DNA of 64,000 bases from Tubiluchus corallicola (lineage: Eukaryota; Animalia; Priapulida). Under the pieces are notes generated by a model. The model was not told the origin of the DNA, made no database searches, and was given only the letters and a program-made list of their open reading frames with translations. The position numbers and the translations under genes were made by a program. This document shows, in pieces, positions 13,291 to 27,425 of this stretch (position 1 is the first letter of the stretch; every line of letters starts with the position of its first letter). The stretch lies in contig JAQGDQ010000507.1 in the NCBI GenBank assembly GCA_030141605.1, positions 34,011 to 98,010 of the forward strand, given 5' to 3'.

Positions 13291-13923
13291 AGCAAAACCA
13301 GACCCAATTTTAAACTGCAGGTCAAAACAATCTACTCCTTAAAATATTGAAAGCAAACATACTATTTTTTTCAAAAATGACTTACGTGAAAGAATTATTA
13401 CCACACAAACGCAATTTTAGCGTTCGCGCCACTAGTTCTTCGCTGTGGCATGCATTTCGCCATTTGCTAGTTAGATGGGCACTAGCGCCTACATCTCAGA
13501 AACACGTTGCACAAAAACAGGTACTGTACCACTCAGTTCAGATGTGTTAGTTTGCGGCGAACTACACACGTTCGACAGCTCATGCGTGAGCACAGCAGTA
13601 AATGTGAAATTTTAATTTTCATCTTAAAACTCGAGTTGTAGCACAACACACCGAATCACTTACAGTAGCACTGTACTTCAATTTTCTCCTTTGCAAACAC
13701 GTGCAACACGCTCGTGGGTTATATGCGTTGCTGAAAATAACGCTAGTTTGTGATGTCATCAATACTTGGGCTCGCCCGTACTTAACCAAGATTTTAATCT
13801 GTTATTTAGTTATCAGAATGTAGTATATTGCAGTACTTTTGCAATATATTATTGGTGTTAAAATGGATACTTTTTACCGTATTGAAAAATGGGGTAATAT
13901 ATGAAAAATCATACTGTCTTCCT
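13291..13923 (+). mobile_element. Kolobok-like MITE family A
   Basis: agcaaaacc...gtcttcct-TTAA; reverse complement of 24618-25235. Confidence 0.85.
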
Positions 13924-14299
13924 TTAATAAATACCCCGTGATGGCTGTAACTCCAATGAAACCTCACAACTGCAGCCATTGATAGACTTCTTTTACCCGC
14001 TTAGAGACCAAAATGCGGTCGCTAAAAGCTTTAAATGCCTCTAACGGGATTCTAAAGTAGATGTGATGGCAAATCCATTATATACTGTCATTAGCAGACT
14101 AGCATGCTGTACATGTCATGAAGGTATTACTGCTAATGTCACTACTAATGAGCATTTCAGGTATTCATTTATACGGGTCACGGTCCCATATTTTACTCTG
14201 TCTGGTTAGTACCTAGCGGCTATGCAAAAACAGGTAGGAGGTTAAAAACCCACAAATTATTAAATTTTGATACCAAACTTGATGGACAGGAAATGCAAA

Positions 14300-14385
14300 A
14301 AAAATTGGAATGCAGCCTAGATTTGAATCGGGGACTTTCTTCTTACACTGCAAACACCTTAGACTATTAGACCATCTCATTCCCA
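14300..14385 (-). mobile_element. Degraded tRNA-derived SINE head
   Basis: Minus strand tggtctaatagtctaag ... gattcaaatct A/B-box remnants. Confidence 0.4.
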
Positions 14386-14619
14386 ACACAAGGCAGTCCG
14401 AAGTTCATTGATTATAGCTGGCCAACCAAATTCAGCATTTCCTATGTTAATTGTTAATCGCTCACACCAGAGTGATCCTAATTAGATTATTTTTTTACTC
14501 TGATTAAATGAGAGCCTGAAATTTCCATGGGCGATTAATTAACTAATAACTATTATAACGTTAATGTCAACATTGCTATTGATGATGTTACAAATAGTAG
14601 TAAGCTCTTAGTGTGAGGA

Positions 14620-15078
14620 CCAAGCCATGTCAAGACAGAGACACATAACACAAACAGGCCTGGGCATTCACTGACCATGTAAAGACAGACACATGACACA
14701 AACAGGCCTGGGCATTCACTGACCATGTCAACACAGAGCACATGACACAAACAGGCCTGAGTATTCAGTGACCATGTCAAGACAGAGAACACATGACACA
14801 AACAGGCCTGGACATTCACTGACTATGTCAAGACAGAGAAACAGAGAACACATGACACAAACAGGCCTGAGCATTCACTGACCATGTCAAGACAGAGACA
14901 CATGACACAAACAGGCCTGGGCATTCACTGACCATGTCAAGGCAGAGACACATGACACAAGCAGGCCTGGGCATTCACTGACCATGTCAAAACAAGAGAA
15001 CATCTGACACAAACTAGTGTGAGAACCAAGCCTGGGCATTCACTGACCATGTCAAGACAGAGAACACGTGACACAAAC
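14620..15078. repeat. About 50-bp minisatellite, about 9 copies
   Basis: caggcctgggcattcactgaccatgtcaagacagagacacatgacacaaa unit. Confidence 0.95.
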
Positions 15079-15168
15079 CTGTTCACTAAGCATGGAACGC
15101 AATGTTTCTTGAGACATGCTTTAAAACTCCCTTTTCTTTCCGTTTACCTAGGCAAAGCAGCAACTTAC

Positions 15169-15254
15169 CTTCAGTGTTCAATGGCTTCCTTTTGGAAAAC
15201 AGTCAACTCAACTTTATTACCAATTCCAAGATGATTCCATGAATAAATCATGAC
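15169..15254 (-). other. Candidate non-coding (5'-UTR or lncRNA) exon, 86 nt
   Basis: Minus strand: ttttttgtag| acceptor and GAAG|GTAAGT donor; stop codons in all three frames. Confidence 0.5.
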
Positions 15255-16429
15255 CTACAAAAAAGTGACCAATTAACAATTGATATGTTTCTAAGAAGGA
15301 CCCTGCAAAAGAGTGAAGACATGGTCAGGAAGGCACGTGACCTGCCTACGTCACAACCAAACTGTTCGCCATTTTGGTGTTTTGTTATAGCAGTTGTGTG
15401 GAACTCGAGAATTCACACGCACATCTAGGATTTTAAAAAATAAAAGCCAAGTCTCTGGGGAAGTTGAGCTTATTTTAATATTTGGGAAAAATGTTAGAAA
15501 GTTTTAGCAATAAAAATGATAAGCATCTCGTGTAATTAGTAAAATCAATTTAATGTCGTGATCACTTTACGCTTGGGGGCGCTCATCTTAGACGAAAAAT
15601 GGCGTCATCCGGTTTCCGTGCAATATAAACACTTATCCCGCCAGGTGATTCAGAATCCTTTTTAACTTATAGAGCGAACTCTATAAACTAAGTAACCAGC
15701 TCGGCACCTACTACGTGCTGGCAAGTTTACATGTGCATCTAAAAGTCAACAAAAATCTGTAAACTAATTACTTACACAATTAATGTTAATTACTTACACA
15801 TTTTAAGGTGTAATATCCTGTGGATTAAAGCAATGTAACCACTTAAATTTGATCATAATTGATCGAATGACTAATTTCTAGATAAACATAGTTAAACACA
15901 ACATTAGAATAACGGAATTTCTCAACAACATGTGGAAATTTCTCAACGCGTACCTTCACACAGCTTGCCTCGATGCCCAGCATACACCAGCTTACGTCAT
16001 TTTTTTAAAATATGCCGGCATCAACGATTGTTTGGCGGGAGATAAGACATATTTAAATATCTTTTACATTTTAAGCAAAGCATTCTATGCGCATATATTG
16101 TGTAGTGATTTCAATATTTTTAATTGTACATTAAAATGCAATAAATGTTCGAGGGTTGGTTCTTCCTTCACGAAGTCATACTTCTACGGGCTGTATCAGA
16201 AATACGCGCAACGGAAACGGCAACAACTACTACTCACTTACTGCTTGCATGCCAGCTATCACGTCATTCATGTCATATTAAACGCAGAGTTGACTGGATA
16301 ATCGCATCACCTCCAGCTAATAGTTCTCACTACTACACAACATACCACTTTTGCTGCTGGTCGGTTGCTCCAATGTTTCGTGCAAAATAGCCGCTAATCT
16401 CCATTTAACGTTAGTCACACAAGTATGTG

Positions 16430-16532
16430 AGAATTTTAAACCAACAATTAAGGTTAAAGACTATTAAAAACAGTGAGATAATCCGGATTTGAACCTAGAA
16501 GCTTTTGATATCGGGTCACACGCTCTAGCCAA
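16430..16532 (-). mobile_element. tRNA-derived SINE interrupted in its A box by a Kolobok-like MITE
   Basis: Minus strand ttggctagagcgtgtga...ggttcaaatcc; homologous to 56051 copy. Confidence 0.6.
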
Positions 16533-16536
16533 TTAA

Positions 16537-17127
16537 AAGAAAACCGGACAATTGTGTTAAAATTAGTTCAGAATAAAGAATGCTCTAAAAATATTGGAAA
16601 CTACAATAGCTTTTTTTAAATCAAAGCTTAGATTAAATAATAATGACCTCGGATACTTACATTCCTTTAAACTTTCAAAGCTACGCGCGGCTCAGTGAAT
16701 CTACTAAGATTGGCAGCGGCGCCTTTTTGTCACATTCGCTTGGTCGACAAATGGAATGCGGTACGGTGATAACCATGATCGTGAACTGCAGTGTTAGTTT
16801 CTGACGTCATATGATGTAGAGCCCATTTTTCGTGACATCACGCGTTTAGACTGTAACACTTATGCGAATGTGCTTGACGCGCAAGGGAAGACGTCTTCAG
16901 CAGCGTTAAACAGTACTGTTACACTTGCAAGGGTAGACGCCTGCCATTGCACAAACTGTGGTTAGTTTCTGACGTAAGCAACAGCTGTGTTCGGTTGCCG
17001 TTAATTAACTTTCTAAGCTAATTATTCAAATACAAGAAACAATTACTAACTTTTACAGGCAAGAAAATGTATATTTCGGACAGTAAATTAAAATAAGATT
17101 GAGTCTAAAGAATCATTCTGTTTTCCT
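16537..17127 (+). mobile_element. Kolobok-like MITE family B
   Basis: TTAA on both sides; reverse complement of 30171-30709 and 46101-46637. Confidence 0.85.
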
Positions 17128-17499
17128 TTAAACTATTAACTTAGTGGGCTAAAGCAAGCCTAAATTCTGATACAGCATACGATCAGTAGCTTGAGCTGAT
17201 TTGGTCTCTTCTTTCCATAATCAAAAATTTACGTCTGTAAAAACCACTCCTAATACTGGTGACTTTCAAATCTACATTTCTGTTTTAGTGTCATAATATC
17301 CCAAACCAATAGAAAGATAGTGTCATCATATCCCAAACGCCAGCAAGTACTAATCATAGCGTTTGTTGACAATAACTCAAACACGTCCCAGATCTAAATC
17401 AATTTGAATCAGGTTACTAATATAATCTCTGATAATTTGTCTAGGCAAGGCAATTTATTAGACTACGTGTCAGTAGTAGGGAGTGATCACTGATGACAA

Positions 17500-17750
17500 T
17501 AATAGTTGTGCTGTACAACAGCTTACAATGACGATGGCAATGCCAATTAAGATGACAGTGACGATAATGATAATGATGACGCTGACGGTCCTAATGATTA
17601 ACGATGAAAATAATAATAATGGCGATGATGGCTACGGTATAATAATAATAATGGTAATCATGGTTACAGTGATGACATATATGATGATGATGACAATGGC
17701 GACAATGTCAACATCGACAATAACGATAACTATGATGACGACAATGAAGT
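17500..17750. repeat. Degenerate (ATG/ATA/ACG)n low-complexity tract
   Basis: Direct reading. Confidence 0.8.
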
Positions 17751-18949
17751 GGCATGATTCACCATCTCAGACCACCCAATTTAGCTTTAATACCGAACTA
17801 TTTAGTGATAATTTACACCAACTCGGTGACAAATGTCTTTTGACATTTTCCTTTCCTTTCAGTAACTACTAACAGCAAACGAGTTGAAAGTATCACATAT
17901 TTAAAGGTTCTATTTTCCGAAAAGCAGATTTAGTGGCCGTATGTCAAGCAGAAAGAACAAAATCGCATTGTAAACAAAACAAATCAGTTAATTATAATTA
18001 GACAATCACTACTCACAAATTCAGGCCCATACTATAGGCATGTACAGGCTGCAGCCTACAGGGCCCCTCTCAAGCTTGGGGAGCCTCTAGGTAACATTTG
18101 GAAAAAATCACTTTTTTCACTTCGGCTGTGTTGCCTTATGTACTAATTTGATTTGCAATAACTAGTAAAATAGTGGTATTTTTTAAAGAATATATTTATT
18201 GACAAACAAAAGATAGCTATCCTACTTTAAAGAATTTGCGATAAGTTTACTTCGAGCTATGTAAATGTCGCTAAAACATCACGAGTAAAAATATTCAAAA
18301 CGGAAGAGGGGGAATTCGAAGGGGGGTTCGGTCCAATAATTTCACTAGCCTAGGGGCCCACAAGGTCATAATCAAGCTGCTATTAAGTTACGTTTAAACC
18401 AACAATTCAAATCTGCTTACAGACAATGACATACATTTTGTAACTGTAACAATGAACTTAAAATATCTAATGAAAAACTGAACTGAATACATAAAATGTC
18501 AAAGGTCGATCATTAGCCAATACGAATGTTCGAGCAACTATCTATTTTTTAAACTTTCATTGAAAATGGGGTAATTACTAGATAGGCGTATCAATTAACA
18601 GTGGAATAAACCCAATTTGCCTGAAATTTGTACCAAGCCTGCACTGAACACGGGAACTTGCGGTTGTCAGTCCAACAACTAGACTACACAGTCCCTTGTG
18701 AATAACGCGAACTATGTTATTAGTTTAGTTTTGTACATTGTTTTACGAAATGTATTAATTTTGGATTTGCTCCTTTATTTCACAACACTCATCCGACACG
18801 AGTGTAGCTCAAACATACCTTCAATATTATGCATTCCTTTAGTTTCTAGTCTAGTCTACCAAAGTATACTAGAGAAATATAATATAGAAAATTTCTCTCG
18901 ATTTTTCTCTCTACAAGCGCATCACTTAGGAATTGAGACCGGTAGATGA

Positions 18950-21397
18950 GACAGTGCACATAGAAACCAAAGACTATGCACGTGGGACGGTGAAGATAGC
19001 AACCAAAGACTGTGTACATGGGATGGTGAAGATAGCAACCAAAGATTGTGTACGTGGGACGGTGAAGATAGCAACCAAAGACTATGCACGTGGGACGGTG
19101 AAGATAGAAACCAAAGACTGTGTACGTAGGACGGTGAAGATAGAAACCAAAGACTGTGTACATGGGACGGTGAAGATAGAAACCAAAGACTATGTACGTG
19201 GGACGGTGAAGATAGAAACCAAAGACTGTGTACATGGGACGGTGAAGATAGAAACCAAAGACTGTGTACGTGGGACGGTGAAGATAGAAACTAAAGACTG
19301 TGTACATGGGACGGTGAAGATAGAAACCAAAGACTATGTACATGGGACGGTGAAGATAGAAACTAAAGACTGTGTACATGGGACGGTGAAGATAGCAACC
19401 AAAGACTAAGTACGTAGGACGGTGAAGATAGAAACCAAAGACTGTGTACATGGGACGGTGAAGATAGAAACCAAAGACTGTGTACATGGGACGGTGAAGA
19501 TAGAAACCAAAGACTGTGTACATGGGACGGTGAAGATAGAAACCAAGGACTATGTACGTGGGACGGTGAAGATAGAAACTAAAGACTGTGTACATGGGAC
19601 GGTGAAGATAGAAACCAAAGACTATGTACATGGGACGGTGAAGATAGAAACTAAAGACTGTGTACATGGGACGGTGAAGATAGCAACCAAAGACTAAGTA
19701 CGTGGGACGGTGAAAATAGAAACCAAAGACTATGTACGTGGGACGGTGAAGATAGAAACCAAAGACTATGTACGTCTAATGGTGAAGATAGAAACCAAAT
19801 ACTATGTACATGGGGTGGTGAAGATAGAAAACTAAGACTATGTACGTGGGACGGTGCAGATAGAAACCAAAGACTATGTACGTGGGACGGTGAAGATAGA
19901 AACCAAAGACTATGTACGTAGGACGGTGCAGATAGAAACCAAAGACTATGTACGTGGGACGGTGAAGATAGAAACCAAAGACTGTGTACGTAGGACGGTG
20001 AAGATAGAAACCAAAGACTATGTACATGGGACGGTGAAGATAGAAACCAAAGACTGTGTACGTGGGACGGTGAAGATAGAAACCAAAGACTGTGTACATG
20101 GGACGGTGAAGATAGAAACCAAAGACTATGCACGTGGGACGGTGAAGATAGCAACCAAAGACTGTGTACATGGGACGGTGAAGATAGAAACCAAAGACTG
20201 TGTACGTGGGACGGTGAAGATAGAAACCAAAGACTGTGTACGTGGGACGGTGAAGATAGAAACCAAAGACTGTGTACATGGGACGGTGAAGATAGAAACC
20301 AAAGACTATGCACGTGGGACGGTGAAGATAGCAACCAAAGACTGTGTACATGGGACGGTGAAGATAGAAACCAAAGACTGTGTACGTGGGACGGTGAAGA
20401 TAGAAACCAAAGACTGTGTACGTGGGACGGTGAAGATAGAAACCAAAGACTGTGTACATGGGACGGTGAAGATAGAAACCAAAGACTATGCACGTGGGAC
20501 GGTGAAGATAGCAACCAAAGACTGTGTACATGGGACGGTGAAGATAGAAACCAAAGACTGTGTACGTGGGACGGTGAAGATAGAAACCAAAGACTGTGTA
20601 CGTGGGACGGTGAAGATAGAAACCAAAGACTGTGTACATGGGACGGTGAAGATAGAAACCAAAGACTATGCACGTGGGACGGTGAAGATAGCAACCAAAG
20701 ACTGTGTACATGGGACGGTGAAGATAGAAACCAAAGACTGTGTACGTGGGACGGTGAAGATAGAAACCAAAGACTGTGTACGTGGGACGGTGAAGATAGA
20801 AACCAAAGACTGTGTACATGGGACGGTGAAGATAGAAACCAAAGACTATGCACGTGGGACGGTGAAGATAGCAACCAAAGACTGTGTACATGGGACGGTG
20901 AAGATAGAAACCAAAGACTGTGTACGTGGGACGGTGAAGATAGAAACCAAAGACTGTGTACGTGGGACGGTGAAGATAGCAACCAAAGACTGTGTACATG
21001 GGACGGTGAAGATAGAAACCAAAGACTATGTACATGGGACGGTGAAGATAGAAACCAAAGACTGTGTACATGGGACGGTGAAGATAGAAATCAAAGACTA
21101 TGTACGTGGGACGGTGAAGATAGAAACCAAAGACTATGTACATGGGACGGTGAAGATAGAAACCAAAGACTGTGTACATGGGACGGTGAAGATAGAAACC
21201 AAAGACTGTGTACATGGGACGGTGAAGATAGAAACCAAAGACTGTGTACATGGGACGGTGAAGATAGAAACCAAAGACTATGTACATGGGACGGTGAAGA
21301 TAGAAACTAAAGACTGTGTACATGGGACGGTGAAGATAGCAACCAAAGACTAAGTACGTAGGACGGTGAAGATAGAAACCAAAGACTGTGTACATGT
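18950..21397. repeat. 36-bp minisatellite, about 68 copies, with a 180-bp (5-mer) higher-order repeat
   Basis: gggacggtgaagatagaaaccaaagactgtgtacat unit; lines 20101, 20281, 20461, 20641 and 20821 are identical. Confidence 0.97.
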
Positions 21398-22779
21398 GGA
21401 GAGACACAAACAGAAAAACATGTATTAATGAACTGTAACTTGACACGTGAAATCAGAAGAAAATATCCTAGTGTGAACTTTTCTGCACTGTCTAATATTA
21501 TGGAGAGCAACCATTCATTTGAAATTTGCTCTCAAGTGTTACAAGCTTTTCGAAACTAACAGTGGTTTCATTAATGTTCGCTTAAAATATCAAACTAAAA
21601 TGTATAACCACTTTTTCGATGGTATAAAGTTAGTACAATTAGTTTATTTATATGCTAACATGATCCACATGTGATAAATTCTTGACGAAAACAGTAATGG
21701 ACTGTAAATTTTATTATTTTCTGCTACCCCAGTTTTTGTATCAATCATTGCACTCATAGTCAATAAACTAAACTACTAATGTCTAATGTTATTATTATAT
21801 ACTTATTACAGCTGTACTGCTATGATACCAAACATTTCTCATCAATAACATCAGCCTCTCACAAATCACGATCAAGGAAAAATATTCAATAAGCTAACCG
21901 ACGCGCTCACGGCTCTTATTATACAGATGCTAGGCTTCAGCATAATTTGCTTTTTGTGTCAGGTTTCAAACGCACACCTAACATCCTCAACAAATGTCAA
22001 CTGTCATCCTCGAGATGAAGAGCAAGGAGGCGCTTTGCAATAAATTCAACATCATCTCTCATTGGGGTGTATTACTCCGCGACGGAAATTGCACAGGCGA
22101 TAAAAATACGCATAAACCCTGCCGATCAATTAAACTAACGAACATAAAACTTCGTATGTCAAGCAAATCTAATTTTCCTGGAATAAAGTGCGGGTGCGAT
22201 ACGCCACACAAAGGCGAGTGCACTTCAAAAATGTCTAATGACAGGCGACAATGTTCATAGTCGACAAACATATCGTCGCCATTGTACAATGACGTTTATG
22301 AAATGAATGAAAAGTAACTTTATCAACTGCAAGAAATGTGTACATTGCCCGTACCCTGTATTTGTGAATGGATCCGCCACTGATTAAAAAAATCATTGTG
22401 CGCCACTGCATGATAAAATAAAATGACATTAAGTGATAAATATTATAACAGCGCGTGTTTTATTCAGGGAAAGTGATATTGATTTAGCTGCATCCAAACA
22501 ATTTTAATCAAATTTCGCTTTCCCGTGGCGAAGCAAGCCGAACAGAATGAATGTAACGTTTCAAGCGACATTCCAAAATATTTTAATAGCTTAAAAGCTT
22601 TCTGGGCGGTGACTAAATACGCTATTTACAACTACAAATCAGGTCCCTATAGAGTCCAAAGTCCGTCTACTCTAGCTCATAACACTCGGCTCAAAATCTG
22701 TCCCAATGTCATCCAGTCATGGCCGAGCAGTGTGAACTTAGTTCTCAAATAAAAATTAAGTTATCACCAAAGACAATCA

Positions 22780-23335
22780 CAAACCTGGGAATAAGAAACC
22801 TAGGAACCAGGAACAAAGGAATTAGGAACAAAAGCCCCAGTAACCTATGACTAAGACACTAGGAACCAGGAACCTAAGAACCAGGAACACGGGGATTAGG
22901 AACAAAAGATATAGGAGCCTATGACTAAGAACCTACGAACCACAAACCTAGGGATTAGGAATCTAATATCTGGGAACCTAGGACAAGGAATCTAGGAACC
23001 AGGAACACAGAGATTAGGAACAAAAGAACCAGGAACTTAGGAATCAGGAACATAGGAATTAGGAATAAAAGAACCAGGAATCCAGGGACTACGAACCTAG
23101 GAACCGCAACCTAGGGATTAGGAACATAAGAACTGGGAACATAGGGATTAAGAACCTATGAACTAAGAACCTAGGAACCAGGAACACCTAGGAATTAGGA
23201 ACCTATGAACCAGGCACCTAGAAACTAAGAATCTAAGAAACAAAAACCCAAGATTAGGAACCTAGCAACTAAGAACCTAGAAACCAGGAACACCTAGGAA
23301 TTAGAAATCTACGGACTAGGAACCTAAAAGCCAGT
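22780..23335. repeat. Degenerate short-unit repeat (ggaacctag/ggaaccag)
   Basis: Direct reading. Confidence 0.85.
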
Positions 23336-24049
23336 AAGAAAATTTGTACGACTGCATTCCTTTTGCAGTGAAAAACGTTTTTACACAAATCCTATTGTTT
23401 TATACAACTGCTTACCTATCCAATGTTGTTAAGCTTTAATTACGAACCTTTCTGGCTAACTGCTGAACATTCTGTCATAATTAGCCAAGTTCTAGTTGAC
23501 TCAATAAAAACCTGCTCGTTTTTGCAGCATCTCTAGCACGCGAATTCGCCATAAAAGAAGAGAACGTGTATAATGAACGATCGAAAAAATCTTTGTGTTC
23601 TGTCAAGTATACTCACAGTAACGTAGAATAACATTGCACAGTTGCACTGTATCTTACATTAAAAAGACGGTGGTGCGTTCACATGAGCGCGACAAAAACG
23701 ACAGTAGTAGGATGGTTGGTGTTAACCAACGTTAACATTTTAATGAGGTAAATCTGCTAGTTTGCATTGTTGACATCACCACTAGAGATTCAAACATGTG
23801 AATATTTACAGACCCGCAATTATATAACCCATTCGTGTCACTTATCAGACACGGTTAAGATATGAAGGGGGTCCAATGTAAGAATGGTCCCAAATCAAGG
23901 AAAAATATTACTTATTAATAGTCTTAGCAACAAAAGATCAATGACTGCACTAACAGAAATTCCTCACCAAAATGACGCCAAAAACCCAGAGGACAATCAA
24001 CAGAAGTCTAGACCCATGGTTTCAAATGAGGTCCCTGTGAGCAAAAACT

Positions 24050-24258
24050 TATTTTGACATTTTTAAGCATCGTGACCTTCACCTTAAACTTTTTAACCAA
24101 AAAGAAACGGGTTTCTAGCTCTTGTCTAGACCTATTCATGTGCCACGTTTGCCGGCTACAGCTTCATCTGTTTTGACCTTATTTGACGGACTGACGCACA
24201 GACAGACACGCAATACGTTGGCTAAACGCCCGACCCACTACTGTCCGCATGGGTAACA
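24050..24258 (+). mobile_element. Helentron/HINE-like element 3' portion
   Basis: tgacctt motifs, acagacagac microsatellite and short terminal GC stem; resemblance only. Confidence 0.4.
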
Positions 24259-24617
24259 ACAATATGGTGTCCATAATACACAAACTGGTGAATAATCATC
24301 CTAACCCAAATTTAACCATAAATTCTTTGGGGAGTAAAGACTCTAACTATTATTAGATTAGAATTATTTGGCGAATGAGTATAACTTCTTCACACTGAAC
24401 TTTGTTGCCGACCGGTTTCCAGAAATTACTGTTCATTTTCAAGGTAGCTAAAACAAAACCAAATATCAGACTGTAGAAACAACATCTGAAGTACAATGGA
24501 GAAGATAATAGCCAGCCGTTGCTTGATTTATACAGATAATTTAATAATTTAATCCTAGATTATCAGCATTTCAAACTTAAGAACAGAAAAAACTGCCTTT
24601 CTCTTGCCTACTCTTAA

Positions 24618-25235
24618 AGGAAGACAGGATGCTTTTTCGCATACTACCCCACTTTCAAATCCGATAAAAATTATACATTTTAACACGATTAATACTGCAA
24701 AAGCGTTTCTGATAATTAAATAACAGATTAACAACTTAATTGACGGCAGGCGAGCCCAACTATTGATGACATCACAAACTAGCATAATTTTCAGCACCAA
24801 AAATGTTCTACGAGCGTGTTGCACGCGTTTGTGAAAACGAAAATTGAAGTACAGTGCTACTGTAAGATGTTCAGTGTGTTGTACTAAAACTAGGCATGTT
24901 TTAAGATAAAAATTTAAATTTCAAATTTACTGCTGTGTTCACGCATGCGCTGTCGAACGTGCGTGGTTCGTCAGAAACTAACACATCTGAACTGAGAGAT
25001 GCAGTAACTGCTTTTTGTGCAATGCGTTTCTAAAATCCAGGCGCTAGTGCCCATCTAACTAGCGAATGGCGAACTGCATGTAACAGCAAAGAACTAGTGG
25101 CGCGAAAGCGAATTTGTGTTTGTGTGGTAATAATTCTTTCACGTAAGCCATTTTTGAAAAATAGTATATTTTCTTTCAATATTTTAGAGAGTAGTTTGAT
25201 TTGACCTGCAGTTTAAGATTAGGTCCGGTTTTGCT
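24618..25235 (-). mobile_element. Kolobok-like MITE family A, full length
   Basis: TTAA-aggaagacagg ... ccggttttgct-TTAA. Confidence 0.88.
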
Positions 25236-26029
25236 TTAAAGAAAGCATGGAAGTTGTGTGCAACTTTGATAACATATTTACACATATGCAGCAAAACAAT
25301 GCTCAGTTTCATACCACAAAACTTTTGGGGAAGAAAGCAGGTAATCGACTTGCAGAAAATAGGAATTAGTTAAATAAATAGTATAATAGAAAAAAATAGG
25401 AATAGCAAAAAACGAGAGACGTGTCAGCACGACAATTATCACAACAAAGACTAAACTAAGACGTTTGCTGGGTCTCCATAAAAATCAGGACAACTGAACT
25501 ACTCGACCCAAGCATGCCCTAATAAGCTGACTCAGGCTTGCAGGCTTTTGACTAGGGAAGTAATTGCACTGAGATACTGGAACCGTCGTGCTTCACTGAT
25601 ACACATAGTTAATTGCAGGAATCCCGAAAAGAGCAACAGCTAATTATATTAATATGATGATTCATGTAGCAGCCAAATATCAGCTTTGGAAGCAGAAAAG
25701 AATCACTACATGGAATGGCTATGCGACTTTGTCATGTCAACTGGACAACTGACCAAAGGAGATAAAGGACTGTCTTTCAAGAGAACCCGCAGTCGCAAGA
25801 CGATCCTTGGAACAAATTTATTTATCTACAATCATTGGTTAGTATGACATGTGGACAAAACAGACAAGAGACAGAATGCCACATCATGAGAAGACGCAAG
25901 ATCAGACTCTTTAAAATTGAAAACATGTCAGAACAACTACAACATACAACATCACGGTGAAACAGATCGCTTTATAGATTACTTCGCATGCGAATTACCA
26001 AAAACTGCAAGCCACCGATTTTGTTGTCA

Positions 26030-26365
26030 CTATTAACCTAAACAGTACTGACCATTTTACTGTAAAATCTAAAACAATGGCTTCATATTCTAACCTACAC
26101 AGTACTGACCATTCTACCCTAAAATCTATAACAATGACTTCAAGTTATAACTTACATAGTACTGACCATTCTGCTCTAAAATCTATAACAATGGCTTCAT
26201 GTGATAGCCTGCATAGTACTGACCATTCTACTCTAAAATCTGTAACAATGGCTTCATGTTCTAACCTACACAGTACTGACCATTCTGCTCTAAAATCTAT
26301 AACAATGGCTTCATGTTCTAACCTACACAGTACTGGCCATTTTACTCTAAAATCTATAACAATGG
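26030..26365. repeat. 57-bp minisatellite, about 6 copies
   Basis: agtactgaccatt recurs every 57 bp. Confidence 0.93.
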
Positions 26366-26944
26366 TTTTATGGTTGAGCACGTAAACCCCCGTATTCAAA
26401 TGAGCTTGACCATCTGGGTAACTAATCAATCAAGTGCTTATGTTGACAATACAACAGAGGTATGTCTCGCATCCCTTTAAGATGTTTGCTAATCCATTAA
26501 CTGCACCACGCAGAAAGCCCTGTTCTTGTGGACACGTACACTAGTAATCAATTATTCTGCAGTACAGCAAATTATGTTGTAAGAGCATTAATGTCAAGAT
26601 GCAGACAGTAGAACATTGATCACTGTCGTCACACCACGTAAAAAAATTTGATTACAGATATTTTGAGGAAACCTATTTCACGTAGGAGCACGATCAATGC
26701 CAATCTCGAGGTTACGCCTCAGAAAGAGACTTAATCAAGGTCAAATCATCAAAATCAGTGTAGAGAGAGTCTTGAAGATTTGCTTCCTTGTGTTGACCTT
26801 GTTTATTTACTTTCTGTTTTATTTTTTGTTTATTTATTGCTTGCGCTTTTCTTAAAAGTTACACTTGACTAAGTTTAAGAAATATTTTTCATCTAAATAG
26901 ATTGTAATCTGCATTCGAACAAAAAAACCAAAAGCATTAGCACT

Positions 26945-27425
26945 AGTGACAACAACGACAACACACATAATGACAACAAAAACAACAACATCAACAGTAA
27001 GAACAGCAGCAGCAGCAGTAGCAAAAGCAACAGCAACAAAAACAACAACAACAACGACAACACACACAATGACAACAAAAACAACAACATCAACAGTAAG
27101 AACAGCAACAGTAGCAAGAGCAACAGCATCAGCAACAACAATATCAACGATAGCAACAACAATAACAACAACAGCAACAGCAACAACAGCAATAACAATA
27201 ACAACAACAGTAACAACAGCAGCAGCAACAGCAACAACAGCAATAACAATAACAGCAACAGCAACAGCAGCAGCAGACGAAGCAGTGTACAGCTGGAATG
27301 ACAGTCACGACCATCACCACCACTGCAACCGCACCAGCAACAACGATGACAACAACGATAACAACAGCAACAACCAGAACGACAATCAGAAAGACAGACA
27401 CAATAATTACAACTACAACTACAAG
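26945..27425. repeat. (CAA/CAG)n compound trinucleotide tract
   Basis: Direct reading; gives poly-T/poly-L pseudo-ORFs. Confidence 0.92.

Noticed and set aside
18846-21446. ORFs up to 556 aa (IETKDCVHGTVK / YTVFGFYLHRP repeats)
   Set aside because: 36-bp repeat open in several frames on both strands, with stop-containing variant units; no sign of coding constraint
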